Positions 57,441 through 64,000 of a DNA stretch of 64,000 nucleotides are shown here, piece after piece. A model generated the notes under the pieces. It made no database searches. It was not told the origin of the DNA and saw only the letters and a program-made list of their open reading frames with translations. The stretch is taken from NCBI GenBank assembly GCA_963752475.1, contig CAVVYR010000008.1:574110-638109 (forward strand). Reading direction: 5' to 3'. The DNA is from an uncultured Chloroflexia bacterium (lineage in GTDB: Bacteria; Chloroflexota; Limnocylindria; Limnocylindrales; CSP1-4). The first letter of the stretch is position 1. Every line of letters begins with the position of its first letter. Position numbers and translations under genes: made by a program.

Positions 57441-57469
57441 TTGACCGAGGCTCGCACGTTCCCTAACCT
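57441..57469 (+). promoter_or_regulatory. Sigma70-type promoter of gltBD
   Basis: TTGACC-N17-TAACCT. Confidence 0.6.
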
Positions 57470-57576
57470 TGGGCCTCCACCCACGAGTCCGGGGACGGCG
57501 GCAGGGGTTCCCGGGAGGCTGGGTAACCCCCTCTCTGACCGCCTCTGGTCGAGCACACCCACTGCAGGATCGAGCC

Positions 57577-62091
<4,515 letters not shown>

Positions 62092-62099
62092 GAGGCGGC

Positions 62100-63566
62100 A
62101 TGGGCAAGGACACCGGCTTCAAGGAATTCGAGCGCGTGGTCCCCGGCTACCAGCCGGTCGACGAGCGCATCAAGCACTGGCAGGAGTTCGCGCTGCCGAT
62201 GGCGCAATCCGAGGTGGAGGAGCAGGGCGCCCGCTGCATGAACTGCGGCGTGCCCTTCTGCCACAGCGGCTGCCCGCTCGCGAACGTCATCCCCGACTTC
62301 AACGATCACGTCTATCACGGCAAGTGGGAGCGGGCGCTCAAGGCGCTCTACTCCACCAACAACTTCCCCGAGTTCACCGGCCGGGTCTGCCCCGCACCGT
62401 GTGAGTCGGCCTGCGTGGTGGCCATCAACCGTCCGGCGGTGACGATCAAGAACATCGAGGTCGCGATCATCGAGAAGGCCTTCGAGGAGGGCTATGCCGC
62501 GGCCCGACCGACCGCCCAGCGCACCGGCAAGCGCGTGGCCGTCATCGGCTCGGGTCCGGCGGGCCTGGCTGCTGCCGATCAGCTCAACCGCGCCGGCCAT
62601 GACGTCGTCGTCTTCGAGCGCGCGGATCGACCCGGTGGCCTGCTGCGCTACGGCATCCCCGACTTCAAGCTGGGCAAGGACATCGTCGATCGGCGTGTGA
62701 ACCTGATGATCGAGGAGGGCGTCCGCTTCCGCAACGGCGTCAATGTCGGTGTCGAGTATCCCGCCACCCAGCTGCGCGCCAAGTACGACGCGGTCGTGCT
62801 CGCGGGCGGTTCGACCAAGCCGCGCGACCTGCCCCTGACCGGGCGGGATGCGCTGGGCGTCGAGTTCGCGATGGACTTCCTGCGCCAGTCGAACAAGCGC
62901 ATCGCGGGCGACGCGATCGCGGCCGAGGAGGCGATCCTCGCGAGCGGCAAGGACGTCGTCGTCATCGGTGGTGGCGACACCGGGTCTGATTGCGTGGGCA
63001 CGTCGATCCGCCAGGGCGCCAGGTCGGTGACCCAGATCGAGATCATGCCCCAGCCGCCGGAGGGCCGGACCGTGGCCACCCCTTGGCCGACGCATCCGGG
63101 GCCGCGCATGCTCTCGACCTCGACCTCGCAGGCCGAAGGCGTGACCCGCGATTGGGCCGTGATGTCGAAGGAGTTCCTGAAGGACGAGAGCGGGGCGCTC
63201 CGCGCGATCCACGCCGTCCGCGCCGATTGGTCGTCCGGGGCGCCCAAGGAGATCGAGGGCTCGGACTTCGAGATGCCAGCGCAGCTGGTGACGCTGGCCA
63301 TGGGCTTCCTGCATCCGGAGCACGCGGTCCTCGACGACTTCGGTGTCGACAAGGATGATCGCGGCAACTGTGCCTCATCCGGCTACGCCACCTCTCGCGG
63401 GGGCGTCTTCGTGGCCGGCGACATGCGCCGCGGGCAGTCGCTCGTGGTCTGGGCCATCAGCGAAGGCCGCGAGTGCGCTCGCGCCGTGGACGAGTACCTC
63501 ACCGGCCGACCCTCATTGCTGGCCGGCAAGGACGTAGCCCGTTCGGACGTCGCCCTCCCGCTCTAG
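62100..63566 (+). CDS. gltD: Glutamate synthase small subunit
   Basis: RCMNCGVPFC, GRVCPAPCE, GSGPAG, GGGDTGSDC, RRGQSLVVWAI. Confidence 0.98.
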   Translation: MGKDTGFKEFERVVPGYQPVDERIKHWQEFALPMAQSEVEEQGARCMNCGVPFCHSGCPLANVIPDFNDHVYHGKWERALKALYSTNNFPEFTGRVCPAPCESACVVAINRPAVTIKNIEVAIIEKAFEEGYAAARPTAQRTGKRVAVIGSGPAGLAAADQLNRAGHDVVVFERADRPGGLLRYGIPDFKLGKDIVDRRVNLMIEEGVRFRNGVNVGVEYPATQLRAKYDAVVLAGGSTKPRDLPLTGRDALGVEFAMDFLRQSNKRIAGDAIAAEEAILASGKDVVVIGGGDTGSDCVGTSIRQGARSVTQIEIMPQPPEGRTVATPWPTHPGPRMLSTSTSQAEGVTRDWAVMSKEFLKDESGALRAIHAVRADWSSGAPKEIEGSDFEMPAQLVTLAMGFLHPEHAVLDDFGVDKDDRGNCASSGYATSRGGVFVAGDMRRGQSLVVWAISEGRECARAVDEYLTGRPSLLAGKDVARSDVALPL

Positions 63567-63706
63567 CAGCGGCGGTCGGTGTCTGCGGCGGTCGCTCGAC
63601 GCGTCGGGATTTGACCGCGTCGGTGGTTGGCTGCGCACGCTCACCGCGTCGGCAAGTGGCCCGCGCACGCTCACCGCGTCGCCTCCACCGACACTAGCGT
63701 CCGTCT

Positions 63707-63940
63707 GTAGTCAGTCGTCGTCCCCGTCGACGCTATCGGCCACCTTCGCGACGTGATGTAGACATCCGTCGCCGGAGTCGACCCTAGTCCCACGGACTCG
63801 CCGATCAGGGCCTCGTCGCAGCCTCAGCCTCGTCTGCCGACGATGCCCGATCACGCTCAGCGCTGGGCGCCATCCGCCGCTCGATGGAGTTCGGGTGACT
63901 ACAAGCAGGACTACCGTCGACTCCAGCGACGGGTGACTAC
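63707..63940 (-). repeat. ~234-bp GTAG-ended element, copy 2 (inverted relative to copy 1)
   Basis: Ends GTAGTCAGTCGTCG / CGACGGGTGACTAC; its left part aligns with the reverse complement of the right part of copy 1; internal GGTGACTAC 38 bp from the right end. Confidence 0.7.
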
Positions 63941-63972
63941 CGACGGCGCCGAGGCCCTAGCCGCCGCCAAAG

Positions 63973-64000
63973 TCGCCAGGCGTACGACGTCTGGTCGTCG
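63973..64000 (+). repeat. Second copy of the array's left terminal site (attB/attL-like), cut by the window end
   Basis: TCGCCAGGCGTACGACGTCTGGTCGTCG, 27/28 identical to 1485-1512. Confidence 0.75.

Noticed and set aside
63633-63681. 19-bp direct repeat GCGCACGCTCACCGCGTCG (two copies)
   Set aside because: Only two copies with an 11-nt gap; likely a local duplication.

Overview
High-GC bacterial DNA; gene content and pervasive leaderless promoters suggest Chloroflexota or Actinomycetota (inference only). Bases ~1.5-19.1 kb hold a cassette-like array of 16 genes, mostly encoding secreted proteins. They are delimited by 13 directly repeated ~45-bp imperfect palindromes ('C sites', consensus ATCGCCATGAATAGCGGGTT(T/A)(G/T)GTCTGGTCGTCGCCGCCATGGCG). 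Most minus-strand cassettes share one frame: putative promoter, a ~75-nt RNA aligning by eye with the c-di-GMP-II riboswitch but with altered pocket residues (10 full, 3 degenerate copies), SD, a homologous MR(T/A)xR signal peptide, a variable passenger domain, a P-A-E-stop tail and a conserved 'D' motif. The two array ends are complementary half sites sharing the 16-bp core ATGTCTGGTCGTCGCC (attL/attR-like). A 27/28-identical copy of the left end sits at the last bases of the window. No recombinase is visible. An IS630 interrupts one cassette, and decayed IS1182/IS481 remnants border the array. The remainder is housekeeping: ribA, solA, ugd, sodN/sodX, a cation P-type ATPase, hydantoinase A/B, an aminotransferase, a GT4 and gltBD. 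It also carries a candidate ~260-nt structured ncRNA and two ~233-bp GTAG-ended elements flanking gltBD in inverted orientation.
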